Shown here: positions 62,304-64,000 of the stretch, piece by piece
Layout: the number at the start of each line of letters is the position of its first letter
Position numbering within the stretch: position 1 is the first letter of the stretch
Origin: Octopus sinensis
Lineage: Eukaryota
Reading direction: 5' to 3'
Length of the DNA: 64,000 nt
Assembly: GCF_006345805.1 (NCBI RefSeq)
Contig: NC_042997.1
Location: 16,492,001 to 16,556,000, forward strand
The notes under the pieces: model-generated
Told to the model about the DNA's origin: nothing
Database searches by the model: none
Seen by the model: the letters and a program-made list of their open reading frames with translations, nothing else
Made by a program: the position numbers and the translations under genes

Positions 62304-63141
62304 GTTAAAATACTATCAGGATCAACTTTACTTTACTTTGTTTTACATCCCTCTGGGGCCAATAAAATTAGGTTCTATTCAAGTACTTCTGAGAGTAATA
62401 TAATTGACTTACACCTCTCCTTAATATGAAAAAAGTATTAGCCATGTGCCTTAATATGAAAAAAGTATTACAACTGTCTTATTATTGAATACTGGATCTT
62501 TGGATATGTTGGTGCTACATTCCTTGTAATAACATCTGTTGGTTCTTCTGGCCTTTCTTTGACTACAGTTAAGTCTGAAAGAATAAAAATTCAAGTTTTA
62601 GTGTTGTAAAGACATTGCTAGCATCTTCCACCATAGTCTCAGGTTGACCCAAGACTTTCGAGTGAATAAACAACTTAATAAATATATACAAATATATCTT
62701 TGATGAAGAGGCCTACTTGAAATATCAGACCTCTCCTTTTCATAGCAAACTAAATTATTCCCTGTTGTGAAGTGTATGCATTTAGTATTAATGCAAACCA
62801 TAATTTGTTTCATCAGAATTTAATGTCTTACTACAAAAATGTATATTTGTTTGTGTAGAAAAATTATTAGTCTATCTTACCAAATCCCTGGCAATTGCTA
62901 TTTCATTTCACTCAGTCACTACTGTCTACCAAGTTCCAAGAAAGTGGAAAAAATTGGTTTCTATAATGACTGTATTATGAATGAAATTAGCTTAATGTGT
63001 ATAATGACAACTACACATGCTCTTCATACTAATTGCATTGTCTAAAATGCCCTTCAACCAATCTTTTTCTTAACTATGTGGTATACATACCACAGCCAAT
63101 ATGGAGTCCCTCATGAAGTGGATGGTATTCCATGTGATTAA

Positions 63142-63371
63142 GGCGGTGAGCTGGCAGAAATGTTAGCACGCCGGGTGAAATGCTTAGCGGTATTTCGTCT
63201 GCGTTACGTTGTGAGTTCAAATTCCGCCGAGGTCGACTTTGCCTTTCATCCTTTCAGGGTCGATAAATTAAGTACCAGTTACGCACTGGTGTCGATGTAA
63301 TCAACTTAATACCTATGTCTGTCCTTGTTTGTCCCCTCTGTGTTTAGCCCCTTGTGGGTAATAAAGAAATA
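63142..63371 (+). mobile_element. SINE family B, full length and young
   Basis: Perfect 18-bp TSD ggtattccatgtgattaa (63124-63141 and 63372-63389). B-box-like gagttcaaattcc; central gcctttcatcctttcagggtcgataaattaagtacc resembles the MetaSINE domain as recalled. Confidence 0.95.
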
Positions 63372-64000
63372 GGTATTCCATGTGATTAACTTCAGATTTT
63401 TATAATCACCCACTTCTCTTATATATATGCAGACTGTGTGTGTGTGCATGTGTAAGTATATATTTTCTTTTCTTGATTGGAGCTTTACAGTTTATTTTTG
63501 CAGTGGTAAAACTTGCTCAGTAATAAGTTTGTAAAGAAAAATAGAAAGAAGAAAATAAAAATGAAAACAAAACAACTTTGTATAAACACATATTAAAAAA
63601 AAAACATTAAAAGAAGGCCTTGCAGATTTTTCATGTACCAGATATGATCCTCTAGTATATGAATTATGTGTGGTTTGGCATTCTTTCCTCAAGAATCCAA
63701 ATTCAACTATACTTTGTTCTAGGCAGGTTGGTATATACCCTGTCATTCTAATAATAATGAGCACAAAGGTGAAAATGTATTGTAGGCACAGGATTCAAGG
63801 CTCCACATCAGTTATCCCTAGATATCTTCTTTCTCTTGTATTTTTCTTACCATATTAACATCAGCTTGGTAGCTGATTTCTAAAACAGAGCATATTCAAT
63901 TTTGTAGCTCCAAACAGTAATATTTGGTTTGTTGTATTTTAATCTGGTGGCTGCTCTTATTCTTAGGTTCCATTAATATTCTTTTGATACATTACTCTCA

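Noticed and set aside
62072-62308. Recurrent ORF MSSNARGTNTDTQ...SKLLTTQP (also at 1225, 22041, 5213)
   Set aside because: It is an antisense reading of SINE family A; the recurrence reflects the repeat, not a gene family.
62419-62470. Short direct repeats (22 bp here; also 24929-24970 and about 25760-25795)
   Set aside because: Ordinary slippage duplications with no further structure.

Overview
This is AT-rich, repeat-dense eukaryotic genomic DNA. The SINE families, microsatellite load and LINE types resemble Octopus (coleoid cephalopod) intronic or intergenic sequence; that assignment is from memory, not a database search. I found no host protein-coding exon, tRNA gene or rRNA gene that I can support. 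Nearly all supplied ORFs are microsatellite or SINE translation artefacts. The window holds more than 60 SINE-like copies in several modular families, labelled here A, B, C, D, E, F and G. It also holds decayed LINE fragments (two CR1-like, one RTE, one 3' end of a Hero/RLE element), a deleted mariner, a hAT Buster/Charlie element with both TIRs and TSD, a head-to-tail Helitron pair, and Tc1/pogo-type and piggyBac-type MITEs. The best unexpected signal is a complete minimal type-I hammerhead ribozyme fold on the minus strand (48841-48883). It has a palindromic stem III typical of Penelope-like elements and a compensatory U3-A8 core pair in place of C3-G8. Also notable are two in-window SINE/LINE shared 3' tails, a structured Hero 3' UTR, and several perfect palindromes and template-switch-like scars. 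All alignments, translations and folds were done by eye.
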